This document shows positions 1-11,805 of a stretch of DNA of 64,000 bases, piece after piece. The DNA lies in contig CAWGVS010000012.1 of NCBI GenBank assembly GCA_963826115.1, positions 64,001 to 128,000 on the forward strand, in the 5' to 3' direction. The translations under genes were made by a program, and so were the position numbers. How positions within the stretch are numbered: the first letter of the stretch is position 1; each line of letters starts with the position of its first letter. The notes below the pieces were generated by a model. The model made no database searches. It was not told the origin of the DNA and saw only the letters and a program-made list of their open reading frames with translations. The stretch comes from an uncultured Candidatus Rokubacteria bacterium. Its GTDB lineage: Bacteria; Methylomirabilota; Methylomirabilia; Rokubacteriales; DASRDR01.

Positions 1-1808
<1,808 letters not shown>

Positions 1809-1828
1809 CGGGAAATTACCGCAGAAAA

Positions 1829-1857
1829 ATGCTAGCGGAGGGGGGCACCCCTGTCAA
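1829..1857 (-). promoter_or_regulatory. sigma70-type promoter of ftsH
   Basis: Minus strand reads TTGACA-17 nt-TAGCAT, ending about 20 nt upstream of the ATG. Confidence 0.7.
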
Positions 1858-1901
1858 ACCGGCAAGGCCGCTGGCCGAGGGGCCCCATCGCGGATCGACC
1901 G

Positions 1902-3491
1902 CTAGCGTCCCACGAGGTCCTGGAGGGCCTCGCGGTGCGACGCCGAGCGCAGCTTGTCGAGTGCGCGCGCCTGGATCTGCCGGATGCGCTCCCGGGTCAC
2001 GCCGAAGCGCCGGCCCACCTCCTCGAGCGTGTGCTCGGCCTCCTCGCCGACCCCGAACCGGAGGCGCAGGATCTGGGCCTCCTTCTCCGACAGGGTGTGC
2101 AGCACCCGCTCGACCCGCGCCGAGACGTCGCCGGCCAGCACGCTGTCGAGCGGCGCCGGACTCCAGTCGTCCTGCAGGAACTCGCCCAGGACCGAATCCT
2201 CGCCGACCGGCGTCTCGAGCGACAGGGGCTTGCTGTTCGCCTGGAGGATCATCGACACCTTGGGCGCCGGCACCCGGCTCCGCTGCGCGAGCTCCTCGAT
2301 CGACGGCTCGCGGCCGAGCTCCTGCACGAGACGGCGGCTGGCCCGGGTCAGCTCGGTGAGCGTCGTCGTGACGTGGACCGGGATGCGGATGGTCCGGGAC
2401 TGGTCGGAGATCGCCCGCGTGATCGCCTGGCGAATCCACCAGGTCGCGTACGTCGAGAACCGGAAGCCCCGTCGGTATTTGAAGCGGTCCACCGCCCGCA
2501 TCAGCCCGAGGTTCCCCTCCTGGATCATGTCGAGCAGTTCCATGCCGCTGCCGACGTAGTACCGGGCGATGGCCACCACCAGCCGGAGGTTCGCCTCGAC
2601 GAGCGCCCGCTTGGCGAGGCGCACCTGGAGATCGGCCACGTCGAGCGTGCGGACCGCCCCGATCGCGCGGCGGTGGGGCAGCCCCAGCTCGCGCTCGATC
2701 GCCCGGCGACGCCGGCGGCCCTCGCCGCTCTGGCCGCGTCCCGCGCGCGGCCTGTGCTGCCGGACGAGCGCGTCCAGCTCGACGAAGAGGCCACGGACCC
2801 GCGTCGCCCACCCGTCGACCACGACGGGCCGGAGGGGCAATTCTCCGAGGAGGTCGGCGCGCTCGCGATGATTCTGCGCGATCCACCGCTGGAGATCCCG
2901 CCGCGGCCGCGCGCTCCGGGCCCGATCGCACGCGGCCTCCAGTCTCTCGAGCTCGCGATCCAGGCCCCGGATCCGCGCGAACAGCCGCAGCACCCGCCGG
3001 AGCGCCGACCCCGAGAGCGGGATGCCATCCGGCGCCTCCAGGACGCGGCTTGCGTCCAGCTCGCCTCGGCGGAGGTCGGCCCCCAGTTCCACCAGCGCGT
3101 TACGTACCATCGGCACCGCGAGGATGGCCCGGCGCATCCGCTCCTGGCCCCGCTCGATGCGCTGCCCCAGCTGAACCTCCTGCTCGGCCTTCAGCAGGGA
3201 CACCCGTCCGATCTCGCGGAGGTACCGGCGAAACAGGTCTTCCGGGCTCGGGCCGTCCTCGCGGGGCTCGGGTCGCGGGTCGGCGACGATCTCGTCGGGC
3301 GCCTCGTCCGGCAGGCGCCGCTCGACATCGGACGCGGGCTCGTCGTATCCGCGGAGCGGCCGGCCGGACCACGGCGATGTCGTCCCGTTGCGTCCGTCGC
3401 GTCCACTGGTCGCCGGCCGGGGCAGCGACGACCAGCCCCCGGCGGAGTGGCGATTCGGAACCGGAGCCGGCGGGGATGCTCGCGTGCTCAC
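1902..3491 (-). CDS. RNA polymerase sigma70 factor, RpoD/SigA family (group 2-like, no clear region 1.1)
   Basis: Region 1.2 [11 protein letters not shown]; region 2 [44 protein letters not shown]; region 4 [28 protein letters not shown] 9 nt before the GTG at 3491. Confidence 0.92.
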   Translation of the reverse strand: MSTRASPPAPVPNRHSAGGWSSLPRPATSGRDGRNGTTSPWSGRPLRGYDEPASDVERRLPDEAPDEIVADPRPEPREDGPSPEDLFRRYLREIGRVSLLKAEQEVQLGQRIERGQERMRRAILAVPMVRNALVELGADLRRGELDASRVLEAPDGIPLSGSALRRVLRLFARIRGLDRELERLEAACDRARSARPRRDLQRWIAQNHRERADLLGELPLRPVVVDGWATRVRGLFVELDALVRQHRPRAGRGQSGEGRRRRRAIERELGLPHRRAIGAVRTLDVADLQVRLAKRALVEANLRLVVAIARYYVGSGMELLDMIQEGNLGLMRAVDRFKYRRGFRFSTYATWWIRQAITRAISDQSRTIRIPVHVTTTLTELTRASRRLVQELGREPSIEELAQRSRVPAPKVSMILQANSKPLSLETPVGEDSVLGEFLQDDWSPAPLDSVLAGDVSARVERVLHTLSEKEAQILRLRFGVGEEAEHTLEEVGRRFGVTRERIRQIQARALDKLRSASHREALQDLVGR

Positions 3492-3527
3492 GGAAGTCGG
3501 CCTCCTGGGCGCTGGTCAGCCCGTCGT

Positions 3528-3782
3528 CTACGCGGCGTCGTCGCCGTACGTCGAGCGGGCGCGGGCGTTCGCGGCCTCACGCGCGCGGATGGCGCGGCGG
3601 TCCGCGGGAGAGGAGAACATGCGCGGCACGGCCGCCAGGAAGCCTTCGAGTCCACCTCGATGGGCGGTCGGCTCGCGCCGCTCGGGTGTCCGATCGGCCA
3701 ACTGCCGGACGTTGTCGTCCATCCGCTCGGGTGGACGCTCCGCGGTCAGGGCGTCTCGGGATCGGGTGCGCTCACGCTTCAT
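3528..3782 (-). CDS. small hypothetical protein (~84 aa) upstream of the sigma factor
   Basis: ATG at 3782 preceded by AGGAGGGA; fills the gap and is co-oriented with the sigma gene; no recognisable motif. Confidence 0.5.
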   Translation of the reverse strand: MKRERTRSRDALTAERPPERMDDNVRQLADRTPERREPTAHRGGLEGFLAAVPRMFSSPADRRAIRAREAANARARSTYGDDAA

Positions 3783-3888
3783 CGATCGTCCCTCCTGGAT
3801 CGTGAGGACCGGACGCACGACCGACCCGATCGGGTCGGTTCGATGGCAGAGCGTATCGATCGGAGATGAGAGGAGCGTGAAAGCGGGA

Positions 3889-3902
3889 TGAGAAACTTCT
3901 CA
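3889..3902. promoter_or_regulatory. inverted repeat TGAGAA-AC-TTCTCA, candidate transcription-factor operator
   Basis: AT-rich dyad in the intergenic region upstream of the small ORF-sigma unit. Confidence 0.4.
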
Positions 3903-3957
3903 GGAACGAGGCCGGCGAGGCGCGCCGGCCCGGGGCGGGCGAACGCCGCCTAGCCGG

Positions 3958-4551
3958 TCAGAACTTGATCGCCGGCGGGGCCTCGCTACCGGGCGTCGCC
4001 TCGAAGTACGGCCGCTCGCGGAAGCCGCGGAGCGAGGCCACCACGCTCCCCGGGAAGCGGCGGACGACGGTGTTGTAGTCGCGGACCGCCTCGTTGAAGC
4101 GGCGGCGCTCCACGGCGATACGGTTCTCCGTGCCCTCGAGCTGGTTCTGGAGCGCCAGGAAGTTCTGGTTCGACTTGAGGTCGGGATAGCGCTCGACCAC
4201 GGCCAGCAGCCGGCCGAGCGCGCCGCCCAGCTGGGCCTGGGCCTCCTGGAACTTCCGGAGCGCCTCGGGGTCGCGGATGAGCTCGGGCGTGACCTGCATC
4301 CCCGCCACGCTCGCGCGGGCCCGGGTGACCTCCTCCAGGACGGCGCGCTCCTGGGCCGCGAAACCCTTGACGGTCTCCACCAGGTTCGGGACCAGGTCGG
4401 CGCGGCGCTGGTAGACGTTCTCCACCTGCGCCCAGGCCCCGCGCATCGCCTGCTCGCGCGCGACGAGGTCGTTGCCGATCGATACGAACGCACCGAGGGC
4501 GACGATGATCAGGATCGCGACGACGCCGAGCAGGACGAGGCCGGATTTCAC
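3958..4551 (-). CDS. lemA: LemA family protein
   Basis: N-terminal TM, then QVENVYQRRADLVPNLVETVKG, VERYPDLKSNQNF and LEGTENRIAVERRRFN. GTG start at 4551. Confidence 0.93.
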   Translation of the reverse strand: MKSGLVLLGVVAILIIVALGAFVSIGNDLVAREQAMRGAWAQVENVYQRRADLVPNLVETVKGFAAQERAVLEEVTRARASVAGMQVTPELIRDPEALRKFQEAQAQLGGALGRLLAVVERYPDLKSNQNFLALQNQLEGTENRIAVERRRFNEAVRDYNTVVRRFPGSVVASLRGFRERPYFEATPGSEAPPAIKF

Positions 4552-4573
4552 GCGCGGGAGTATAGCACCGGGC

Positions 4574-5752
4574 CTAGCGGCGGCCCGCGCCGAGCAGCAC
4601 GGCACCCGCGACGAGCGCGAAGCCGGCGCTACCCACGGCGACGCGGTCCCCGGCGATGCCGGCCACCGCGCCGAGCGCGAGCGGGCCGATGATCATGCCC
4701 GTGTCCATGGCGATCCGGTACACGGCGAAGTAGCCCGGCGGCATCGGGGTGCCGACACGGTCGGCCAGCACGATCGCCGGCACCATCCACACCGCGAACC
4801 CGCCACCCACCAGGACGAGTCCCAGGACGAAGACGGCGGGATGTGAGCCCACCGCGAGGACCAGCCCGCCCGCCGCCACCGCGCCGGCACCGAGGAAGAA
4901 GACGGGCTCGCGGCGGATGCGGTCGATGACGAGCCCGACCCCGAGGAGCCCGGCGAGCTCCGCGGCGTACCCGGCGCTCAGCGCGAGGCCGATCGGACCC
5001 GCGGCGAGCCCGTACTGCGCGTGGCCGAGGAGGGGCGCCATGGTCGCGAAGAGTCCCGACCAGGTGAGCGAGAGGCTCAGGCTCGCGACGTACACGGGGA
5101 GAAGCCGCCCGTGCGCGAGCCGGTCGCGCGCCCGACCCGGCGTCGCGGCGTCCGCCGCGCGCCGGCCCGCCTCGGGGCCGAGGGCGCGGCCGGCGAACAC
5201 GCAGAGCAGGAGCACCGGCCCCGCGCCCACGAACACGACGCGCCAGCCCAGGTGGCCCGCGACCCAGGCGCCGAGCGTGCTGCCGATCGCGAGACTCAGG
5301 ATCGCCATGCCCTCGAAGAGATTCGTGAGGCGGCCGCGCCAGGCCGGGGGCGCGGCCTCCAGCAGCTCGGCGAAGATCGCGAGGAACGCGGCCGACGCGC
5401 CGATCCCCATGACGAGCCGGGCCGCCAGGAACGCCGGGAAGCCCGGGGCGACCCCGCAGGCCACGACACCCACGACCAGGAGCGCGAGCCCGAGGAGGAC
5501 GACGGTGCGCGTGCCGCGGCGGGCGCGCAGCGCGCTCGCCGGGTAGCTCGCCCCGAGCCGGCCGAGCGCGTAGAGCGTGTTGACGAGGCCGGCCTGGATC
5601 GGCGACAGCCGCCACTCGTCGGCCATGAGCGGCAGGAGCGGCGGCACCATCCCGACGGTGAACGCGGTCAGGATGTCGACCGCGAACAGCGGCAGGAGCG
5701 GCCGCAGGAGGGAGCGGAAGGGCGCGGCGGCCGCGCCGAGCGGCGCTGCCAT
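4574..5752 (-). CDS. MFS transporter
   Basis: 392 aa with about 12 hydrophobic segments; motif-A-like ARRGTR and DRIRR; ARLVMGIG. Confidence 0.85.
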   Translation of the reverse strand: MAAPLGAAAAPFRSLLRPLLPLFAVDILTAFTVGMVPPLLPLMADEWRLSPIQAGLVNTLYALGRLGASYPASALRARRGTRTVVLLGLALLVVGVVACGVAPGFPAFLAARLVMGIGASAAFLAIFAELLEAAPPAWRGRLTNLFEGMAILSLAIGSTLGAWVAGHLGWRVVFVGAGPVLLLCVFAGRALGPEAGRRAADAATPGRARDRLAHGRLLPVYVASLSLSLTWSGLFATMAPLLGHAQYGLAAGPIGLALSAGYAAELAGLLGVGLVIDRIRREPVFFLGAGAVAAGGLVLAVGSHPAVFVLGLVLVGGGFAVWMVPAIVLADRVGTPMPPGYFAVYRIAMDTGMIIGPLALGAVAGIAGDRVAVGSAGFALVAGAVLLGAGRR

Positions 5753-5848
5753 CAGGCCCGGGCGTCCAGGATCGGGATGCCGCGGCTCAGGACGGCCGGG
5801 CGCCCGGCATCGCCCGCCCGCCGGGCTCGGGGGCGACCGGGACGCGGC

Positions 5849-6352
5849 TCAGCGCCGCCGCCCGCCGGCGCGCCGGGCCTTGCCCTTCGCGGCGCCTCGG
5901 CGTCCCGACGTCCGGGCCGCGCGCCGTGAGGGCGCCGCCGACCTGCCCGGTCGCACCGCGATCGCTTCCACCTCGAGCAGCAGCTCCGGGCGCGCCAGCT
6001 CGACGACGACCATGCCGGTGTTCGCCGGATACACGCCGTCGGGGAAGAGCTGCGGGTACTCCGCCCGGCGCCATTCGGCGAACGGCGCCCAGTCCTGGCT
6101 CCGCACCAGGAACGTCGTGAACTTGACGACGTCGCGGAGACTGCAGCCCGCCTCGGCCAGGACCGCGGCGAGGTTCCGGTACACCTGGGTCGCCTGCACC
6201 TTGACGTCGCCCGCCCCGACCACGCGGCCCTCGGCGTCCATCGCCACCTGCCCGGCGACGAACACGAGGCGCGCCGGGTCCACCACGAACCCGGCCGAGT
6301 ACATGCCGATGGGCTTGCCGTCCGCCGTCGGCGCCAGCACCGTGCGTCCCAT
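5849..6352 (-). CDS. RidA/YjgF/UK114 family protein
   Basis: YSAG, LVFVAGQVA, DVVKFTTFL, LLEVEAIA. Confidence 0.88.
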   Translation of the reverse strand: MGRTVLAPTADGKPIGMYSAGFVVDPARLVFVAGQVAMDAEGRVVGAGDVKVQATQVYRNLAAVLAEAGCSLRDVVKFTTFLVRSQDWAPFAEWRRAEYPQLFPDGVYPANTGMVVVELARPELLLEVEAIAVRPGRSAAPSRRAARTSGRRGAAKGKARRAGGRRR

Positions 6353-6374
6353 GGATCCCTCCTCGACCCCGCGC

Positions 6375-6839
6375 TCAGCCCCGCCGGCGCCGCGGACGCC
6401 GGGGCGCCGGGCGTGCGCCTCCCCGCCGGCGGGCCACCGCCGCAGGGATGGCCGCGATCGCCCGGATCTCCACCATGAGCTCCGGGCGCGCGAGGGCCTT
6501 CACCACGATGAACGATTGGGCCGGCAGCGGGTCGCCGAAGTACTCCTGCGCCACACGGCCGGCCGGCTCCATCAGCTCCGCGCTCGTCGCGTACACGGTC
6601 ATCTCCACCACGTCCCGGAGGTCGCCGCCCGCCTGGCGGAGGAGCGTCCGCACGTTCTCGATCGCCTGGCGGGTCTGGGCCGCGGGATCCCCGGCGCCGA
6701 CGAGCCGGCGGTCGGGCCCGTGGCGGTCGAACGCGACCTGGCCGGCCAGGAAGACGAGCCGCGCGCGCCCCTCGACCACGACGCCGTGGGAGAAGGGCCA
6801 GGGATGCGGCGCCTGCTTCGTGAGCACCGTGCGCTTCAT
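6375..6839 (-). CDS. RidA/YjgF/UK114 family protein
   Basis: FSHGV, LVFLAGQVA, QTRQAIENV, MVEIRAIA. Confidence 0.88.
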   Translation of the reverse strand: MKRTVLTKQAPHPWPFSHGVVVEGRARLVFLAGQVAFDRHGPDRRLVGAGDPAAQTRQAIENVRTLLRQAGGDLRDVVEMTVYATSAELMEPAGRVAQEYFGDPLPAQSFIVVKALARPELMVEIRAIAAIPAAVARRRGGARPAPRRPRRRRG

Positions 6840-6849
6840 CGACCGTTCG

Positions 6850-7629
6850 CTACACGTCCCAGCCGCCGTCGACCGTGAGGCACTGCCCGGTCATGTTACG
6901 CGACTCGTCGGTGGAGAGGAACAACACCGCGTTCGCGACGTCCTCGGCCGTCGTGACGCGGCGCAGCGCCATCTCCTGCACGTACTCCTCGTAGACCTGC
7001 TCCGGCGTCCACCCGCGCTTCCGCGCCTTCTCGCGGCAGAGCCGGTCCATGCGCTCGCCCCCCACGATCCCCGGCGCGACGCAGTTGACGTTGATGCCGT
7101 GGGGCCCGACCTCGAGCGCGACGGTCCGCGTGAACCCGCGCACCGCCCACTTCGACGACGAGTAGGCCGCGCGGAGCTTGTAACCGCGAAGGCCGGACGT
7201 CCCCGCGATGTTGACGATCTTCCCCCGCCGCTGGCGCAGCATCACCGGCACGACGTGCTTGGTCGGGAGGAAGGTGCCGCGGAGGTTGATCGCGAGAAGG
7301 TCGTCCCAGTCCTCGACCCGGAGCTCCTGCACCGGCGTCTCGATGGGGCCCGTCCCCCCTGCGCAGTTCACCAGGACGTCGATGCGGGCGAAGGTCTTGA
7401 CGGCGCTCTCGACCATCGCCCGGACCTGCTCCTCGTCGCGGACGTCGGCGCGGACGACGAGGGTCCGCCGGCCGAGGGCCCGGGCCTCGGCGGCCACCGC
7501 CTCGAGCGGCGGCTCCTCGCGGGCGGCGAGGACGAGGTCCGCCCCCTCGCCCGCGAGGCGGAGCGAGATCGCCCGGCCCATGCCCTTCGCCGCGCCCGTC
7601 ACGAGCGCCGTCTGCCCGGCCATTCTCAT
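6850..7629 (-). CDS. short-chain dehydrogenase/reductase (SDR)
   Basis: TGAAKGMG, VNCAG, YSSSK catalytic motif, INVNCVAPG, TGQCLTVDGG. Start overlaps the upstream stop (ATGA). Confidence 0.93.
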   Translation of the reverse strand: MRMAGQTALVTGAAKGMGRAISLRLAGEGADLVLAAREEPPLEAVAAEARALGRRTLVVRADVRDEEQVRAMVESAVKTFARIDVLVNCAGGTGPIETPVQELRVEDWDDLLAINLRGTFLPTKHVVPVMLRQRRGKIVNIAGTSGLRGYKLRAAYSSSKWAVRGFTRTVALEVGPHGINVNCVAPGIVGGERMDRLCREKARKRGWTPEQVYEEYVQEMALRRVTTAEDVANAVLFLSTDESRNMTGQCLTVDGGWDV

Positions 7630-9299
7630 CCCGGTCTCCCCTCGGACGGGGCCCCGTTGCCGGCGCGCCCGGGCGCGGCGACCACGATCCCCTCCAGCCG
7701 GTCGGCGGCCTCGCACTCCGCGGCGCGGGCGGCGGGGTCGCCGTAGCCGCCGCCCCCGCAGGTGTCGATCACCACGACGTCGCCCGCCCGGAGACGCACG
7801 GTCTCCTTCCCCTTGATGTCCTTTGCGGTCCCGTCGCGCTCGAGCGTGATGCGGTAGGGGGCGCCGGGCGCGCCGCCGAACGCGCCCCACGGCGGGATGA
7901 CCCGCCGCTCGAGCATCGTCGTGAGCGTCGCGTCGGTGAGCACCCGGTAGGCGCGCGTGAAGCCGCAGCCGCCGCGGTGGGCGCCGGCGCCCCCGCTCCC
8001 GGGGCGGAGCGCCTGGCGCAGGATCTCGATCGGGTACTCGGTCTCGATCACCTCGATCGGCGTGTTCATGACGTTGGACATGTGGACGCGCATCGCGTGG
8101 CCGCCGTCCCGCCGGGCCCCCGCGCCCTCCCCGCCCCCGTGCACCTCGTAGAGGATGCGCCACCGCCCGCCCTGGCGGGCGCCGAAGAGGAGCAACCCCG
8201 ACGTGGTCGGGCCGCCGGCGGTGATGCGCTCGGGGATCGCCGACGCCAGCGCCTTGAAGCACGCGTCCACCGCGCGCTGCGACGTCTCGTGGTTGCCGCC
8301 GACGACGGGCGCGTCGAGCGGCGGGTTGAGGATCGTGCCCTCGGGCACGTGCACGGTGATCGGCCCGTAGCAGCCGTCGTTCGCCGGCACGTCGGGGGCG
8401 ACCAGCGCCTTCAGGCTGTAGTAGACCGCCGAGGCGGCGATGAACCGGGTCGCGTTGATGGGGCCGGCCACCGCCGCGCCGGTCCCCGCGAAGTCGAACC
8501 CCGCGCGCTCGCCCCGCACCGTGACGGTCACCCGAACCGGCACCGGGCGGTCCTCGTGGCCGTCGTCGTCGACCCAGTCCTCGCCGTGGTAGACGCCGTC
8601 GGGGATGGCGCGGATCGCGCGCCGCATGGCGGCATCCGACTCCGCACGGAAGCGGTCGAAGCAGCCGAGGGCCGTCGGGGCGCCGTAGCGGTCGAAGAGC
8701 TCGCCGAGGCGGCGGGCCCCGACCTCGACCGCGGAGTACATGGCGCGGCAGTCGCCCTCGCGCTCCTCGCGGCCGCGGAGGTTCGACATGATGAGGTCGA
8801 AGGCGCGCGTGGGCCCCTTCCGGTCGAACACCTTGATCGGCGCGATCCGGAGCCCCTCCTGGACGGCCTCGTCGGCCCACGGCACGTACGAGCCCGGGAC
8901 GGCGCCGCCGATGTCCGCCCAGTGCGCGAGGTTGATGGCGAACGCCGCGAGCCGCCCGCCGGCGAACACCGGCCGGATCGCCTTCACGTCGGGCAGGTGG
9001 TTGCCGCCGACCTCCGGGAGGTTCAGGTACCACACGTCCCCGTCGCGGAGCTCGCGGCGCGGCACGCGCCGGAGGAACTCCTTCACGGTGAACGCCATCA
9101 CGCCCAGGTGGATCGGGATGTCCCGCCCCTGCGCGATGAGCCGCCCGCGGGCGTCGGTGAGCGCGCTCGAGAGATCGCCCGCCTCCTTGAGCAGCGGCGA
9201 GCGCGCCGAGCGCATGATGATGAGGCTCATCTCCTCCGCGATCGCGTAGATCGCGTGGCGGACGACCTCGAGCGTCACCGGACTGAGCGGCGGGCTCAC
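7626..9299 (-). CDS. hydantoinase B / oxoprolinase family subunit
   Basis: IAEEMSLIIMRSARSPLLKEAGDLS, IPIHLG, GGNHLPD, HWADIGG, NTPIEVIE, GGGGYGDP. Confidence 0.92.
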   Translation of the reverse strand: MSPPLSPVTLEVVRHAIYAIAEEMSLIIMRSARSPLLKEAGDLSSALTDARGRLIAQGRDIPIHLGVMAFTVKEFLRRVPRRELRDGDVWYLNLPEVGGNHLPDVKAIRPVFAGGRLAAFAINLAHWADIGGAVPGSYVPWADEAVQEGLRIAPIKVFDRKGPTRAFDLIMSNLRGREEREGDCRAMYSAVEVGARRLGELFDRYGAPTALGCFDRFRAESDAAMRRAIRAIPDGVYHGEDWVDDDGHEDRPVPVRVTVTVRGERAGFDFAGTGAAVAGPINATRFIAASAVYYSLKALVAPDVPANDGCYGPITVHVPEGTILNPPLDAPVVGGNHETSQRAVDACFKALASAIPERITAGGPTTSGLLLFGARQGGRWRILYEVHGGGEGAGARRDGGHAMRVHMSNVMNTPIEVIETEYPIEILRQALRPGSGGAGAHRGGCGFTRAYRVLTDATLTTMLERRVIPPWGAFGGAPGAPYRITLERDGTAKDIKGKETVRLRAGDVVVIDTCGGGGYGDPAARAAECEAADRLEGIVVAAPGRAGNGAPSEGRPG

Positions 9300-11317
9300 A
9301 GCCGCACCCCCATCGACCGGAGGTCGGGCACCGCGCCCATCCACAGGTTCCCGGCCCGGTCGAGGACGCTGGTGTGCCCCGGGTACACGAGGGTCGTGGC
9401 CCAGGGATCCTCGATGAGCGCGGGACCCTTGAGCGGGTGCTCGGGCGGGACGTCCTCCCGCCGGTACACGGGGAGCGCGGTGCGCCCGGTCTCCGGGAGG
9501 TACGCCTCGTGCTCCGAGAACGGCTGGGCGCGCCCGGTGGTCGGCCACTCCGGGAGGCGCGCGCCCGCCGCCTCGACGGCCGCGCGCACGCGCAGGTTCA
9601 CGCACTCCACGGCGTCGTCGGTCGCGTACGCGTAGAGCCGCCGGTGGAGCGCGTGGAAGCCCGCGCGGAGCGCGTCGAGGTCGCCGGCCCACGTGACCTC
9701 GAGCTCGTAGTTCTGCCCCACGTAGCGGACGTCGACGCTCCGCCGCACCTCGACGGTCTCCAGGGGATGGCCCTCGGCGAGGAGCGGCCCGCGGACCGCG
9801 TCCACGAGGAGCGCGAAGCGAGTGTCGAGCTCGGTCGCCTCGAGCCCCGCGAGCGGCCGGCGGAAGGTCTGCACGTGGTCGTATGCGACCTCGGCGACGA
9901 CGCAGCCCAGCGCCGAGAACACGCCGGCGTGCGCGGGGACGACGACGCCGGGCATGCCGAGCTCCTGCGCAAGCCGCCCCGCGTGGAGCGGGCCCGCGCC
10001 GCCGTACGCGATCAGCGCGAAAGTCCGGAGGTCGTGGCCCCGCTGCACGGAGATCAGGCGGATCGCGCGGCGCATCGCGGCGTTGGCGACCTCGAGGACG
10101 CCGGCGGCCGCCTCGGCGAGACCGAGGCCGAGGGCGCGCGCGACCGGCTCGATCGCTGCCCGGGCCCGCCCCGCGTCCACGCGGATCGTCTCGCCCAGGA
10201 CCGCATCGCCCCGGAGGGTACCGGCCGCCGCGTGGGCGTCGGTGACGGTGGGCGCCGTCCCGCCCTGCCCGTAGCAGGCCGGCCCCGGGCGCGCGCCCGC
10301 GCTCTCCGGCCCCACCCGGAGCCCCGCGCCGTCGGCCCGGGCCAGCGAGCCGCCGCCGGCGCCGATCGACTCGACGCCGACGGAGGGCAGCCGCACGGGG
10401 TGGCCGCCCAGCCGTCGCTGCGGCAGGGACTCGGCCCGCCCGTCGGCGATCAGGCACACGTCCGTGGTCGTGCCGCCCATATCGAAGGCGATGGCGTTGC
10501 GGAGCCCGACCGCGCGCGCGAGGAAGCGCGACGCCGCCACGCCGCCCGCGGGGCCCGACACGGCCATGGCGAGCGGCCGGCGCCGGGCGACCGCCGCCGA
10601 CATCATGCCGCCGTTCGACTGGAGGAGGTGGAGCGTCGCGCCGATGCCCGCCCGCGCGAGCGACGCCTCCAGGTCGGCGAGGTAGCGGTCGGCGACCGGC
10701 ATGACCGCGGCGTTCAGCGCCGTCGTCGACGTGCGCTCGTACTCCCGGAACTCCGCGTTGATCTCGTGGGACACCGACACGAACGGCACGTGCCCCTCGA
10801 GCGCGGCGCGGAGGCGCGCCTCGTGGGCCGGATGCGCGTAGGCGTGGAGGAGACAGACGGCCACGGCCTCTACGCCGCTGGCGCGGAGCGCCGCCGCCAG
10901 GGCCGGCAGCTCGTCCTCGGCCAGGGGGACGGCGATGCGGCCGTCGCCCAGGACGCGCTCGGTCACCTCGAGGCGAAGATGGCGGGGCACGAGCGGCGCG
11001 GGGCGGGGCGGGACGTCCAGGCGGTAGAGCTCCTGGCGACTCTGCCGCGCGATCTCCAGCACGTCCCGGAAGCCGCGCGTCGTGACGAGCGCGGTGCGCG
11101 CGTGCCGCCCCTCGACGATGGCGTTGGTCACGATCGTCGTGCCGTGGGCGATGGAGCCGGCACCCGGCGCCAGCGCCCCGAGCCCGGCCAGGACGCCGCG
11201 CGCCGGGGCCTCGGGGGTCGTGAGCACCTTGAGCGAGCGAACGGCGCCGGATGCGGTGTCGACGGCGACGAGGTCGGTGAACGTGCCGCCGACGTCGATC
11301 CCGACGCGGACGCTCAC
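9296..11317 (-). CDS. hydantoinase A / oxoprolinase family subunit
   Basis: GIDVGGTFTD, HGTTIVTNA, FREYERTST, SGPAGG, FDMGGTTTD, GAGGGS, GGAGPLH. Confidence 0.93.
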   Translation of the reverse strand: MSVRVGIDVGGTFTDLVAVDTASGAVRSLKVLTTPEAPARGVLAGLGALAPGAGSIAHGTTIVTNAIVEGRHARTALVTTRGFRDVLEIARQSRQELYRLDVPPRPAPLVPRHLRLEVTERVLGDGRIAVPLAEDELPALAAALRASGVEAVAVCLLHAYAHPAHEARLRAALEGHVPFVSVSHEINAEFREYERTSTTALNAAVMPVADRYLADLEASLARAGIGATLHLLQSNGGMMSAAVARRRPLAMAVSGPAGGVAASRFLARAVGLRNAIAFDMGGTTTDVCLIADGRAESLPQRRLGGHPVRLPSVGVESIGAGGGSLARADGAGLRVGPESAGARPGPACYGQGGTAPTVTDAHAAAGTLRGDAVLGETIRVDAGRARAAIEPVARALGLGLAEAAAGVLEVANAAMRRAIRLISVQRGHDLRTFALIAYGGAGPLHAGRLAQELGMPGVVVPAHAGVFSALGCVVAEVAYDHVQTFRRPLAGLEATELDTRFALLVDAVRGPLLAEGHPLETVEVRRSVDVRYVGQNYELEVTWAGDLDALRAGFHALHRRLYAYATDDAVECVNLRVRAAVEAAGARLPEWPTTGRAQPFSEHEAYLPETGRTALPVYRREDVPPEHPLKGPALIEDPWATTLVYPGHTSVLDRAGNLWMGAVPDLRSMGVRL

Positions 11318-11425
11318 CGCATCACTCGCGCGCGGTCGGCAGGGAACGGAGCACGGGGCGGGTCCGCATCGCGCCTCCTCGGACGCGCTCGCGGCACGCG
11401 CGGAGCGACGACCGAATTCGTGCGA

Positions 11426-11454
11426 ATCATAGGAGGGCGCCTGGGACGTGTCAA
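11426..11454 (-). promoter_or_regulatory. sigma70-type promoter of the hydantoinase operon
   Basis: Minus strand reads TTGACA-17 nt-TATGAT. Confidence 0.72.
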
Positions 11455-11484
11455 CGGCCACGGCCTCGAGAGCGGAGGACTCCG

Positions 11485-11805
11485 ATGCCCGAGTTCATCT
11501 ACCGGATCCAGCCGACGCGTCTCGCGATGCTGATGGGCGCGCCCACCCCGGAGGAACAGGCCGTCGTCGCCGCGCACCGCGCCTACCTCGACCGGCAGGC
11601 GGCGGCGGGCGTCGTCCTCCTCTTCGGGCGCACCGCGACCGCGGACGCCGCCACGTTCGGGATCGTGATCCTGCGCGCGGACTCCGCGGACGCGGCGCGC
11701 CAGGTCATGGCCGACGACCCGGCGGTGCGGGACGGCGTCATGCGCGGCGAGCTGTTCCCGTTCCGCCTGATCGGCGTCGGGCCCGGGCTCGCCGCGGGCC
11801 CGTGA
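11485..11805 (+). CDS. YciI/YCII-related protein
   Basis: AHRAYL, FGRT, FGIVIL, DDPAV; GGAGG RBS. Confidence 0.8.
   Translation: MPEFIYRIQPTRLAMLMGAPTPEEQAVVAAHRAYLDRQAAAGVVLLFGRTATADAATFGIVILRADSADAARQVMADDPAVRDGVMRGELFPFRLIGVGPGLAAGP

Noticed and set aside
6850-10457. Apparent 727-aa SDR and 943-aa hydantoinase B 'fusion' proteins in the ORF track
   Set aside because: The N-terminal extensions are off-frame read-through of the upstream genes. The true starts at 7629 and 9299 overlap the preceding stops.
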